A stretch of 64,000 nt of DNA from Bigelowiella natans CCMP2755 (Eukaryota; Protista; Cercozoa): contig ADNK01001382.1 in assembly GCA_000320545.1 (NCBI GenBank), positions 18,706-82,705 on the forward strand, in the 5' to 3' direction. The notes under the pieces were generated by a model that saw only the letters and a list, made by a program, of their open reading frames with translations, did no database searches and was not told where the DNA came from. Shown here one piece after another: positions 1-13,781 of this stretch. How positions within the stretch are numbered: position 1 is the stretch's first letter; every line of letters begins with the position of its first letter. A program made the position numbers and the translations under genes.

Positions 1-2555
1 GAAGGGCGATTGCTCCTACCGCTAGTCCTATACATCGCAGCCATGGTCGCGTCCTGCGTCGAGAAGCCTTCGAGGCGGTACTCGTGGATTCGGACGAGGA
101 GAAAGAGGTCGTAGTCGAGGGTGAGGCCTACGAGCACGGGAACGATCATAATGGGCACGATGAAGTTTATTCCGTCCCCCTGCGCCCCCGGGATTCGGAT
201 GTCCTGCAGCAGCACCACCATGATGCCGAACACCCACGCCAGCGAGAAGGCCACAGTCACGAGCAGCCTTATCCCCATGGTGAGGGACTGGAACGAGACC
301 GCCGTGAGCGCGAGCACCACGCTCACGACGGCCCCGAGCATGTAGTAGGGGGCGGATTCGTACATCGACTCCTTGAGGTCGGTGAGGATGGGCGCCATGC
401 CCTCGAAGTAGAGCTGCCACTCCACGCCGTGTCGCCTGCCCACCTCGGCCTCGTGGTCCATGAGGTTTCTCACCTCGTCCACCCACTGGCTCGAGTAGCC
501 CCCGACGCTGTTGAAGCTCGGTTCCAGCACGATGATGGCGGCGGACCCCAGCATGCTTTTCGTCTTCCTCATCTGGTACCGATACGCTCTTGCCTTCCCG
601 CTCGGCCCGGCCCCGCCTGGGTTATAAAGGCCGTCGGGCCGCGTCTGGTTGAGGAGGCCGACTGCCTCGTCAAACGTGACGGCCTCGCCGTCCATCCAGC
701 CGATGCTCTTGATGCCGGTTGCCCCGGCGCTCACCGGCAGGTCGAGGATCTTGCGCGACAGAGCTGTTATGTTCGCGACAACGTGCCTGTCGAAGATCCG
801 CTGCTTGAAAGGGCACATGTCGCACGTCCCCGCGCAGAGGTGGCCCCAGGTGAGGAACTTCCGGGCCGCCTCATGATATTTCTTCTGCCCCCCCGCGCCG
901 ACCTCGGTGCCCAGCTTCCTCGAGGAGCACTCCTTCCCGAGGAGGGCGGAGGCCAGCTGGCAGTTGACCGACGCAGGGCGCTGGCAGAAGTACGATTTCC
1001 CGTCCGGCCCAATGTAGCAAGGGGTTATTTTGTTGATCCATCCTCCGGTGTCGTCGCCGCACTCGAAGAGCCTAGCGAACTCCTCCTCCTCCCCCACCTT
1101 CACGTCTGCCGCCGCTGGCGGAGGGGTGGTCGTCGGCGAGGCCGTGGGTACGGCGAGGGATGACGTGGGCGGTGCTGTGGAATTGCAGCTCACGCTGCAG
1201 GTCTGAGGGCAGAAGAAGGAGGGCGAGTATCCGTCCGGATAGGCTGGATTTGCCACCCCCGGGTCATAGCGACAAGCCATTCTGTGAGCTTCGGGGCCGA
1301 ATTGCTGATGAAACAGCGTCTTGTTGCCGCCTCCCAACTCCTTGTACATGCCCCTCTCGATCTCGCGTTGGAACATGCCGATGAGCTGCGGGCACGTCTT
1401 GTTGCGGCTGGCGATGAGCCCTTCGGGGTCGTCCCTGAGGCAGTCCGGAGGCTGGAAGACACAGCGCGGCTTGTCGCCGCCCAGCTCGCCGTTCAATTTG
1501 AAATTCTCTTTGAAGCAGTATTTAGCGTACTTCTTGTCCTTAAACTTGTTCGTCTCGGCCTTCTGCTCCTCGTCCCCCCCCCGCTCCTTCTCCTCCCCGC
1601 CCCCTGCCGCCGGCAATGACGTATGGTTCTTGAGCGAGACGGCATGGCCAAGGGTAATGACCAGATATTGCTTCTGCAGGGTCCCGACGTTGAAGCCGGC
1701 GTCTTTGATCATGTTCATTGTCTTTATGGGGGCGGACTGTGAGAGCTGCATCTGCTCGAAACTGGTGGATATCTTGAGCCGTGCAATTTGCCCCACGAGA
1801 GGCGCCCCCAGCAGCACCATCACCAGAATCACCGTCAGTGGTCTGTCGCGGCACAAAAGCGCGATCTTGACCCACACCGAGCTGCTGGGAATCCTCATAT
1901 CAGCTGTAGGAGTTCTCGGTTCTAGCGAGCCGTCTCCCCCCCCAGCCTCCGCGTCCTCTTCCTCCTCCTCTTCCTCAACAATCGCGTCTTCAAAGGAAAC
2001 CTCCAACCCTGTGCTAAGTGGCTGGCGCAAATCATCCTATCGTAGTCGAGTAGTAGTAGTAGTAGTAGTAGTAGTAGAAGAAGTAGAGAATCATCAAACA
2101 TGAGTAGAGTTGACGGACATGACGACGACGACGACGACGACAAGGATGACGATGAGATCCCTATCCTCCCAAGTTAGCTTGGGGCAACAGGAACATGCGG
2201 GGGGGAGGAGAGGGGGGCGGGGACACGGAGTTAAGAAGGTGTGATAGTGCTCTCACTACTACCGTCTTTCCTTCTCTCCTTCCTGCATGTATGAGGTTTC
2301 GCGATCGGCTATTTGTCCTATCGTCACTGCTGGAAAGTTTTGCTGCATTCTCCTCCATCAACTGGTCATCATCTAAGAGGAGGAGGAGGAGGAGGAGGAG
2401 GAAGAGGAGGAGGAGAGGACAAAGCAGGCGAAATGTTTAGATGCATGATAAAAACAACAGAGATAGCCATGGGAATGTGCGTGAGTGTTACCTTGTTCTT
2501 CGTCGATATCCTCATCTAAGTTGAACAACTGGTCGGATCCCACTGAATCAAGAGC

Positions 2556-2587
<32 letters not shown>

Positions 2588-4190
2588 TTACGATGGTGGA
2601 AGAGCATAGAGATGATGGCGATGACGACGATGGTGATAATGATGATGATGAGGATGATGGTCGGGAGAAGAATGGACATGAGGAGAACCGGTGGCGATGG
2701 TATCATATACACAACAAAAATGAATATATCAAATATGCAGATATATATAAAAATATATATATTTTATATATATATATATTTATTTATATGTACACGGCTT
2801 ACTATGTGATCTATTGGCACGTGTTGCCATTTTTGGAGAGGGGTGGGTGCCCTTCTTTTTCTTCCTTTTTTTCCTATTCCCCCGAGATGATGACTTCCTT
2901 TCCTTTGAGTCATCATCATGATTATCGCCGTTATCATCGTCGTGGTAATCCTTCGGCTTTCGACCCAGCTCAAGCCCATCAATTAGCCCGTCGTCCTCCT
3001 CTCCCTCCCCCTCCTCCTCTTCGCCGTCGAGAATATCATCATCTTCAGTCCCATCAATAGGTTTGAAAGATGGGCCACCTTCTCCCCCCTCGTCGTCGGG
3101 AGAACGGGCACTGTAGGAGGAGGAGGAGTCTCCTATCGTTTTCATCTCAAGGCGATCGTAAGCCTCCACCTGCTCTCCGGAGAAGGAAAGGGAGGGGGGG
3201 GAAGAAGGTTATCGAGAGTTGGCAGCTGTAAGTAGCTTGACTATCACCACCATTGATTCCTTCGAATGTTCCCGTCAGATTTCACATCGTCCCCCTCTTT
3301 CCCCCCTCCCTCCTCCCCCCTCCTCCATTATCATGTCGCGATGAAAAACACATTGAAATTCTATGCGGGGTGACAAGCGTATATTGGGAAGGAGGGGGGG
3401 GAGGGGGGGGGGGGTGACAATACATATATAAATCTTATGTGTAGGCAGCGGGGATGGTGAATGATAAATGGTGTGGGGTCATAGCACCGGGACATCTCCG
3501 CCGTCCCTGGCCAGCTCGTCGTCGACATCGCTCATGCACGTCCGTACGCACGCCACGCACCAAGGCCATCCAGAAATCCAGCTGATGACTGTCGTGGCAA
3601 TGTTCAACCGGATCCTGGAGACGAACCCATTCTTCTTATAGCAGCACTTAAAGTCTGAAGGGGGAGAGGGGGAGATGCAGGTGGAGGAAACATATTCAGC
3701 TGCACAGGAAAAAATAAAGTATACGCGATGTCGAGGAAAGAATATGGACTATCACAGTGCCAAAAAAATAGTAATGTGACAAATTCTCGTCTTCCTCCAC
3801 CTGCATTGTTATATCGCCATCATTATCATTATCATCATCACCATCATCGTTGCATGACGACCATCAATATCACCACCACCACCACCGCCACCATCATCAT
3901 TTTCAACACTGAACTACCAGGCATAAGAATCAGGAGCGCTGGGATGAGGGACATGTTGACCGTCATACAGATCAGAATCAAAATGCCGCAGCTAGCTCCC
4001 ACTTGCTGCACGAGTGCGGTGTCGATTATGAGGAGAGAGAAGAACGACATCGCCAGTATGATGCCGGACAAAAACACAGTCTTCCCTGCGGTTTGCACGG
4101 CGATGATCACGGCCGACGTCTTGGATTGTCCGGCGAGCCTTTCCTCCCTCCACCGACTCAATATGAAGAGTGCGTAGTCTGTTTGAATGT

Positions 4191-4235
<45 letters not shown>

Positions 4236-5361
4236 GAAAAAAAGAGATAGCCGAGAGGAAGAAGAAGAGGAAGAAGAGGCCAAAACACACATATAAACAC
4301 ACACACGCACACACGGACGCATATTTTCAAAGAAATAAAAGAGTACAATTTTAATGATACACGTTCGATAGACGCTCTTTGCAACGACGGCCATCAGGTC
4401 CAACAGCAGCAGCAGCAGCAGCAGCAGCAGTGATGAGCTGTCGAAGAGGAGGAAGGAGGAGTAGGAAGGGGGGAGGAGGAAGAGGAGGAGGGCTACCAAT
4501 CGACATCGCCACGAGAATGGACACCCATATCCCTGGAGAAATATGTGCCCAGCTGTACGGCCCACCGTAATGCTTTTGCAACGGCTACCACATCATACCA
4601 TATCACATCATATTTCAACAAAGCTAGCAAAGGGAGTAGTATACCGTCCATCTATCACTATCACGCCAAGTATTAAATGAAGAAGACGAAGAAGAAGAAG
4701 AAGAAGAAGAAGATCGAATCATGCCAGGAGGGGGGGCGGGTTATTATTATTATTATTATCATTGTTACTGTTATCATTACCACTAAGATGAAAATCGTGG
4801 CAAGCAATGCGACAGGCATTGTGAGCAGGACGAAGAATGCCGTTGGTCCCACGGTGCTACATGATGAAGAGGGGGCGGAAAGAGGGGGGGGGGAATAAAC
4901 AGCGGCTGAGATAATGCTTATATATTGAAATTACTACTTTCGAGTATGGGAAAGGGGGGAGTGGGGGGTGGGGGTGGGGCGCAGTGCAGCATCTAGTAGT
5001 GAGTGAGTATGTAGGTGAGTGATGCTGAGCCCACACGCCATAGAATGGCAAGTAGTAGCTCAGGCAATTATTACGCGAAGAGAATCGTGAAAGCGATGGG
5101 CAGCGTCAGGATGTGACCCCTTGATGTGTCGCTAAGCGCACCCGCGGCAGTAGCACGCATCTGAATTGCAGAGGAGGGGAGCGGGAGAGGAAGCAAGAGA
5201 GGGAGGGGGGGGGGGGAAGAGAGAAAGGGAAACGTGCGTCAGCAGATTTGTTCACCGTATCCGTGTAAAGTAGTAGTAGCGCACACATGTAGAGTAGTGA
5301 TGTGCCTATATCTGGCAGATCTCAACATCAAAGGAAGTTCTGCTCTAGGGAGGGGAGAGGG

Positions 5362-5402
<41 letters not shown>

Positions 5403-5483
5403 CCGGGGAAGAGAGTAGCATTGTGTGGCCATAGACCTGCTCTGACCAACTCGTAAGGCCGTATTCGAAGTCATGGTCCTGTT

Positions 5484-5517
<34 letters not shown>

Positions 5518-5849
5518 GGAAGATGACCAGAGGAAACACTACGTTCACCACGAGGTAAGAGAAGTTCAAAGCACACGAATTAATAGACAACCCCACCACC
5601 ACCACCACAGGACATCCTCTCCTCATACCAACTAGAAAGACGTACCGATCCAAAGACCTCGTCCATCTGTCCCCGGAGCCAGTCTGACGATAAAATAGCA
5701 ATGACAGAACAGTGAACGACAATTTGAAGGAACCTCCCCCCCCCTCCCACAGCACAGCCTTCGCATAAGACGTTCAAAGTTCGGTGACCTGAAAGGGGAT
5801 AAAACGTAGCCTTGTTGCTGCACTTTGGAATAGACCCCTGTAGTTGTAA

Positions 5850-5920
<71 letters not shown>

Positions 5921-6248
5921 CATATATACATCTTGTCAGGTTGTTACTAGCCAGGGCATGGCAAGATTGTGGTGACGTCCAAACTTAGGCTGATGATGGA
6001 AATTATGATGATGTGATGATGATTCTCAATAATACCTCCAGGATCACAATGGTGACTTTGTTGTCCGCGGAGACGTATCGCTGACATCACGAAATATGAA
6101 GAGAGAATGCATTTAACTTCTCCCCCTTATTGCCATGAAACAGAATTTTTTAATTCGACCTTCCTTGCTATCTCTTCTCCGAATTCCTCTCGGTCATGGT
6201 AATAGCTGCAACAATCAACATCTTAGGGGTGTGTGGGGAAGGGGGGGG

Positions 6249-6286
<38 letters not shown>

Positions 6287-6605
6287 ACTTATGGAATGAA
6301 CAATTGCTTACCCGTGGACTCTTTCGATTGCGTTGTACAAGTTCACCTGTCTTTGTTGAAAACCTGCCAGTAGTTCACCCCCACAGACTGCTCCAGGTAT
6401 TTTGCAGATCTCTGAGGAGGGAGGGGGGGGGGCAGGATATTGTTATATCAAGCCAAACGACGAGTTTGTCAGCACAAAGCTTCAACGAAAGGACGGGGTG
6501 TTTGCTCAACCGAGCATCGTAACTCACCATCACAGTCCACGTGTAGCCAGTTAACTTTGAAATTCTTGAAATGACAGGTCATCTCTGGTTTCACGCATCT
6601 GATGG

Positions 6606-6637
<32 letters not shown>

Positions 6638-7238
6638 CACAGGAGCACACAAAAATGATGAGAACAAATATTTTTTTTGTCGCGACATAATAGAATATCA
6701 GTCTCCTCCTCATTACGTTGAAAGGTTTCCTATCCGCCTCGCAAATTCTCTCATTTCTGCTCCGAGAACGGTTGCTCTGCTGCTCGTATCACGAATCTTA
6801 ACCACTATCATAGTCGGCATAGGGTTCAGAAACGCAGCTCGGTTCAAGAAGTTGTCATTAAAGACTTGCAGCCCGCTAAGGGAAGATGGTAAGGAGGAGA
6901 ATGAGCACAACTAACGATGACGAACACAATACAGTATATTGGACAATCTAAGATTATAGCATCTCACTCATAGGCCCTCCCGCTCTTTGTGTCGATACTG
7001 GTGTCAAGGCGAAGATCCGGCAATCGAAGAAAACTTTCGATTTAGTTTCAAAACAGAAAAATCGTCACACTAATTGCATCGAAGACGCGCATGTCAAACT
7101 CTTGAACACTCTATACAGATTTTGTCTCACCCGAAACGCGCTGTGCTGAACCAGAAAGCGACGACTATGAGAGCACATAGCGTGCTGACGTTGATATGAG
7201 AATATTCGTGTCAAACGATGAATAAATTTACTATCCAT
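1..7238 (-). CDS. MMPL/RND-superfamily membrane transporter, multi-exon; 3' end lies beyond the window start
   Basis: Minus-strand exons encode two MMPL-type TM blocks: DYALFILSRWREERLAGQSKTSAVIIAVQTAGKTVFLSGIILAMSFFSLL (~3900-4180) and GINFIVPIMIVPVLVGLTLDYDLFLLVRIHEYRLEGFSTQDATMAAMYRTSG (~20-175, end of a ~2-kb exon). The N-terminal TM ...ALIVVAFWFSTARFGFLRLPDL...DTKSGRAYEVFNDNF is at ~6850-7180. The start at 7238 is tentative and needs a 1-nt frameshift near 7175. Confidence 0.8.
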
Positions 7239-8679
7239 GAAGACATTATGGGAAAACACAATAAGTTCTAGAAGAGATGGTAAACAATCTCTTACACATC
7301 GACTAAAATTAAATATAAATTTCTAATACAAATCAAATAAACATGAGGAACTTGTGCTTTTGTGTGTCGGTCGCACAAAATCCCATTTTCCCTTCACAAA
7401 ACTCTTAAATCCTCCCTATGAAATTTCGGAAACGTTTTCTATGGCTCTAAAAACCAATGTTGTATTCTTTTGCTTCCTCATCCTCAACATTTCTCTTCCT
7501 TTCTTCCGAAAGCACGAAAAGGGTACGGGTAACACTGGGTTGCCACTGTGCACAACCTTATAGTCTGTGTCGCTGGACAGAGCATGCCGGAGGGCTAGCG
7601 AAAACAATTCCAGTCTATTCTTATCAAATTTTGGCGAGTTAAACGGAAAGGGATGGTGTGAAGAGAAAGGGAGAGGAAGGTACTGTGGGAGGGGGGGGCA
7701 GCGAAAAATCACAGCTGTTTATCGAAGAGACAGCGTGGGGAAAGGGGGAGAAAATAGGTAGACGACAACACCGAAACTCCCGTTTCGTTATAAATTCGCT
7801 TAATTTCTCGGAAAGAAGAAGCGATATGTTTGCCTTCTATTTTGTCATAATCTGGAATGTATTCATTATGTGCGTCGAGGCTGAATAATTGTCGCAGCGA
7901 ATACTCGTAGATGTTCCTTTTTGAGGCTGATGCTTCACAGGCGAGTTCGATATGACTACCGTGAAGAACGAAGATCGAGATATCTGAAGTGGGCAATTCG
8001 AATTTGATAAATGCCATGAAACAGCACATTTATCTCTAGACAACCTAATCGTATACAGCATTTTGGCAGAGAATGACGGTAAATAGAGACGAATTCCTCT
8101 CAGTGACCTTCGTTCAAATATATTTTTATCTGAAGTTTTCATAAAAGATCTTAAATTGCGTCAACGGCTATGAAAATAATTTGGCCTAGATTGCATCAGA
8201 CCCTTCAAAGAATATTTAATAATGATGCGTAAGATCATAAGGCGGCATAGGAAATCCATTGTCTTCTGTCCAAAATTCCCTACATTTGAAGGGGAAAAAC
8301 TCAGACGGCGGTTTCTGATGGGCTGAGACTCGTAAAAAGGTGCTCGGCATCGGGTCATGTGCCCGTTACTTGTATGCGACAATAATATTTTGTTCATACA
8401 TCAATGAATGCAGGCGGATGATAAAAAATGACTGAGATGATCTTCGGTTAAGTCTTGATCCCTGTGAAAACAAAATGCTGCAGACGGTCGCCCCAGCCCC
8501 CTACCCACCCCTCAGGACACTGCCCACTTACATGATTGATTTTTAAAAATAGGAAAAATATTCCGGTGTAGTGTACAAAAATGTTACCTTTAGGGCCTGG
8601 CCATTCAGGGGCTTGGGGTAAGCAGCGTGAAATTTGACCGCTAGAATCACTCTAATAGTTGAGTTATATTTCTCAGTTC

Positions 8680-10223
8680 ATGGAAGAAAAAATGTACCCT
8701 GGAGCTTGAAGGCTTGATTTTGTCATATGGCAAGAATAAAATTAGCTTGGATGAAACGTCATGCACCATGTTGGAGAGGAAAGAGATGAAGAACCAGACT
8801 CAACACTTTTTCCAGATTGTAGACAGGTTAGCTATTCTTCATCGTATGCGGCTGCAATGTATTAACACATTTAAAATGTTTCGTATTAGCAAAGGGAAAG
8901 AACACAAATTTTGGACCCCACGGCAACAAGATGCAGAGGTATCCACTTACACGAACTAAGACGGACGCTTTTGAACAACCTGTTTTGCCTCGTCACCCCA
9001 ACTTGTAGGAGTGGGTTGACCGTATCCAAAGACGCATCAGAATGGCGGAGCATTCTGCCACACCTTCCACTGCGGAAGAGAAAAGAAATTATAGGTAAAA
9101 CATGTAAGTCTGTTCGCCCCTCGAATGTTTATCTAGACATTTCCCTCCCTGGTTGGCTTATCCGTTATCATCATTCTTTACACAGTACATCGACAAATAG
9201 ACACTCTGCGACAAGGACCTCATATTCGGTGTCAGATGCCTCCTCTAGTGGTATCTACGTCCACATTCTTTCCCTGGTCAATATCTTCTAATATTCTCAT
9301 TTTGCTGCTACAGGGGATAGCGACTACAAAGCTGATACCGATAAGAATTGGAACCTGAAGCTCCAACGCGCAATAGACCTTCAGTACTCCGCCGCATTCC
9401 TATCAAGGATGAATCACTTAGAAGGAAATCTTGTTCTAGAGGTTGCCAATGTGACACGTAAGCTCGTACAAGGCCTTATGCTTCCAGATAGGTACTGCGT
9501 GATTGATGAAAAATGAACTCACACAAATCCGTTAACAATGGTGTGTCAATACGTCTTCATTTTATCTTCATCTAGACTGCGCGAAATTCGCTGCAATAGC
9601 CACCAGAAAGGCGCTTTAACATTCACCCATAGAGGATTAGAGTATCAGGTTTACAAAGACTGATATATGTTGAGCATCATATACTCATCATATCATCATC
9701 ATCATCATCATCATCATCCTCATGACTCACGCGGGAAACATACTCTCTAGATCATGCTAAATCCGAGCGCGGCCTACTGCAAGCGCATCACAAGGGAGGT
9801 CCAGGGAAGAAGGTTGGGATGTTCTTGCATCATGTTTAAATGATTATCTTTTTTTTATCCATGGTCATCCTCCTCCTCCCCCTCCTCCTCCCCATCTCTG
9901 ATAACCACAACAACCAGCGCCTACATTTCTACATCGACGGGAACCATCAGCACGCTTCCTTACTTATCCATCAACTACCTGGGATTCCGTGTCTTAGCGA
10001 GGATTCCAAAGCCAGCGGATGCGAAGATCGTCTATGGTTGGGGGGCGGGGGGGGGGGGGGGGGGAAACAGCAAGAAATTCATCCAAACGCCTCTTGCAGA
10101 GAAGAAACTTCGTGAATGTGCTGCGAAGCTAAATCTTCTACCTAGGACACTCAAGGTCAGAGAAATAATTCCCTACTCATCCAGGCATCAAACAGATGTG
10201 ATGTGTGAATCGCCCACTCTCAA

Positions 10224-10261
<38 letters not shown>

Positions 10262-10460
10262 TCTGTGTCTTTCTATCGCTTAAATAGACGAATGGAAAAG
10301 ACATCCATATTCATGCATCGATGTCATTGCGGTTGCTCCAAACGGACAATGATAGGGTGTACCTCAACAACGGTAAAGAACAAAAAAAAAATTGTGATGT
10401 GTGTAATGTGGTGCGTGCGTGCGTGTGTGTGTGTGTGTGTGAGAGAGAAGAGAGAGCGTG

Positions 10461-10497
<37 letters not shown>

Positions 10498-10763
10498 CCT
10501 TTGCAGCTAGCAACCCTACCATAGTCGGCAAAGATTAAGATGAGGTTGTTTGTTATATATACTGAGTCACTCCGCCCCCCCCTCCTTCCACAGGAAAGTA
10601 TGTATTCCCTCCTGAGTTGATGTATGAGCCGGAGGAGAGCTCTCTCTCTTGGGACGTGTTCCGCTTGAGGCCCGAGCTTCTGAATCAGCTCGAAAACCCG
10701 ATATCTCCGGATGGGGGAATGATATACGATGATGAGCACCTTAGCGACGAGCTCAACTCACAG

Positions 10764-10807
<44 letters not shown>

Positions 10808-10912
10808 AAGCGTGTAATTTCCATTCATTCGCGGTGCCAACGAGAGATGTTTTGGTGCGGTCGCTGTCTTCCTTGTGTGAGCACACCAACAGTATCTTTT
10901 CTTCTTGTTCTT

Positions 10913-10943
<31 letters not shown>

Positions 10944-12175
10944 TTCTTCTTTTTAACGTATGTCGCATGCATAATGCTGCAGGTCGTCAATGCATGTATC
11001 GAGTTGCACCAGGAAGTGATCCCTCGTTTCGTGAAGCATCTGGACGCGAGCCTGGTGAAGAAGCTGCCCCTGGGGGGGGATGCACTGTGTAACAGCATGC
11101 ACGAGGCCGGGATCAATCTCCGCCACCTCTCAAGAGTAGCTGAGCTCAGCAAGAAACGATACATCAAGGAAATGGCCATTTCAGAAATGGTAATTGGGAG
11201 TGGGGTTTGAGCAGTTTTGGCATAATGAACGCACTCATCCTCCCTGTTCCGTCTTTCCTCCTCCACAATCTGCATATGCTCGCCCATACATATTCGAAAA
11301 TTATTTGCTTCCGCGCCCCTCCCGCTCCTCCTCCCTATCTCAGATTGGGCGGTCGTGCAACCGATTCTTAGAGAAAGAGTTCAGGAAGCATGTTCTCAAG
11401 CTCTTCGCCAAGATCCACCCAGAAGAGAAGGGGAAGGCCACAGAGCAGGGCGACAGCGACATGAAGGAAATGACGGCGGCGATGATGATGATGAAGCAGG
11501 ACTTCGAGTGTATCCTCGCCAAATTTCAAAATGATACCAAGGTGGGGAGCGAGGGGGTGGGGAGAGTGAGGAGGCAATTACTCGTGCGAGCGATTTCTTT
11601 TTCTTATTCTTCGCCGAAACTATATGACGGTAACAACTTGAAACATAAGGTGCAAGCCGACAATACCCAACTTTATACCTGCATCAATCATATTGCTTAA
11701 TAGCCTTGTGTTTAACGCGGAACGATTGCAATTTTGCAGGAGCTTGTGGCGAAGACCTTCAACCTGATGCTGGGCGACGACGAGGAGTCAAAGCTGTTCT
11801 ACGACCGGGAAATACGGCCTCAGATGAGGTCGGCGTTCAGCTTCGAGCTTCGAGAATGGCCGATTCAGTGCGCGAAGAGGAGTCTGCTCAGCACACTTCA
11901 GATTCGCTGCCGTGTGCTCCTATTCGAGACTGAGGCGTTGAAGATGAGCCTGAAAAAGAAGCAGCAGCAGCAACAACAACAACAACAGCCGCAGCAGCAG
12001 CAGCAGGGGTTCGTGCGACCTGACGACTCTACGGGAACAGGCCGCTGCGTTTTAGAAAGTAGTAGTAGTAGTAGTAGTAGTAGTTGTTGTTGTTAGATGA
12101 TGAAGAAGAAGGATGACGATGATGATGATGATGATGGTTGTGCAGTTTTCGATTCCTGGGTTATATATGTATATA

Positions 12176-12217
<42 letters not shown>

Positions 12218-12227
12218 GCGTGCGCGC

Positions 12228-12263
<36 letters not shown>

Positions 12264-12603
12264 ATTATGCAGAGGATATCCAAGCCATCTTGCCAAAAGT
12301 GAAAGTCCCGCAGTATCTGCCACAAAAGATGCAGCATTTGAAGCATGTCGCAACAGAAGCCATTCAAAATGGGCGTTTTGCAGAGGCTGAGGCCAAATTC
12401 AAGGTTGGTCGGGAAGAGTGGGGGGAACAGCATAGAGAGGGGGGAGGGAAGAAAGAGCAATACGCTTGGCACACTGCAATGAATCAAGAATACAAATTGC
12501 TTTGAACAAACAACGAACTCCTATTTACTTTGCTTTATAGATAATTCGATATGTTTGTGCTCGCTATCGTTCAGAATTGAGCAGTTGTTGATGATGATGT
12601 TCT

Positions 12604-12641
<38 letters not shown>

Positions 12642-13750
12642 CTCTCCTGATGCTTGTTCTTCAGGAGTTGTTGTCGCGTATTCCGGCTGTAAAGTGTCGA
12701 GAGCCTCAGAGGCTTTCGCCCCTGAAGTCAATGGTTTCCCCAGCTATAGAGTAAGATCCAACGATAAACACAATTTTCCAACAACAACAACAACAACAAC
12801 CAAAAAACAGTTTTTCTTTCCCAGACTGTCATGTATACGTTGTGCTTCGCCTTATTTAAATTGTTCGGAATCCCGATTGGAAAGGCCACATCGCCATTTC
12901 ATTGTTGCATCAAATGGGGGGTTCTTTGGGTCTAACGCCGCCGCCGCTGTTTGCTGCTGCTACTGCTGCTACTACTGCTTGTGGAATGTGTACAGATCTC
13001 CCCGCTCCAATGCCAAAGAGGAGGAGGAAGAAGAAGAAGAAAAAGAAGAAGAGAAACACACCCATATCAGCGGCCATGCTGAGCGCAAAAATGCAGGGGG
13101 TGAGGGGAAAGCTCGGCGCAAAGGACGGCGGCGCATGCTAACCCAAATCATCGACAAAAAGACGACTAGTGGCAGCCTTTCTCTCGCTCCTGGGGAGGTG
13201 TCCCGCAGCTTCGTGGTGATGATGAAGGCGTGCTTTAAGCACCTGAAGATGCACGCTGCTACGGAGGAGGGCATCTTCCGGAAGTCGGGGGATAAGCGGA
13301 GAGTGGACGACCTCCTTCGACAGCTCACCGACCTCACCACCTCGCAAACGATGAACAGCGTGGATCTGGAGAAGCTTATCCACGAGACGCTCGAGACCTT
13401 CCAGCCCGCGGTCCCGCCTAAATACAGCGTGCACGATGTTGCCGTCGCCGTGAAGAAGAAGCTGGATGCGACAACGGAGTCGCTCCTCACAGACGCCCGA
13501 GCAACCCAGTTCGCCGCCGTGAAGGACCTCGCGGGGGCGAGGAAGATTATACAAGAGCTGCCGCACAACAACGTCAGCGTGCTGCTGGAGGTGCTCGAGA
13601 CCTTCCGGCTTATCTGCAGCAATGAGCCCGACACACGGATGACAGTCAAGGCGTGTGCGATCGTGATGTGGCCGAACCTCATGCCGAAGAATGCAGATCC
13701 CGCTGCGCTCGTTGCGTGCGCCACGATGAACACCGAAACCGCTTTCAAGG

Positions 13751-13781
<31 letters not shown>

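Noticed and set aside
84-2103. Long + strand ORFs (359 aa and 260 aa)
   Set aside because: Antisense shadows of the GC-rich minus-strand MMPL exon
7416-8550. Possible small minus-strand gene(s) between MMPL and CLU
   Set aside because: Some splice-like signals and short ORFs, but no consistent in-frame model or recognisable motif. Left unannotated; if real it would interrupt the strict strand alternation.
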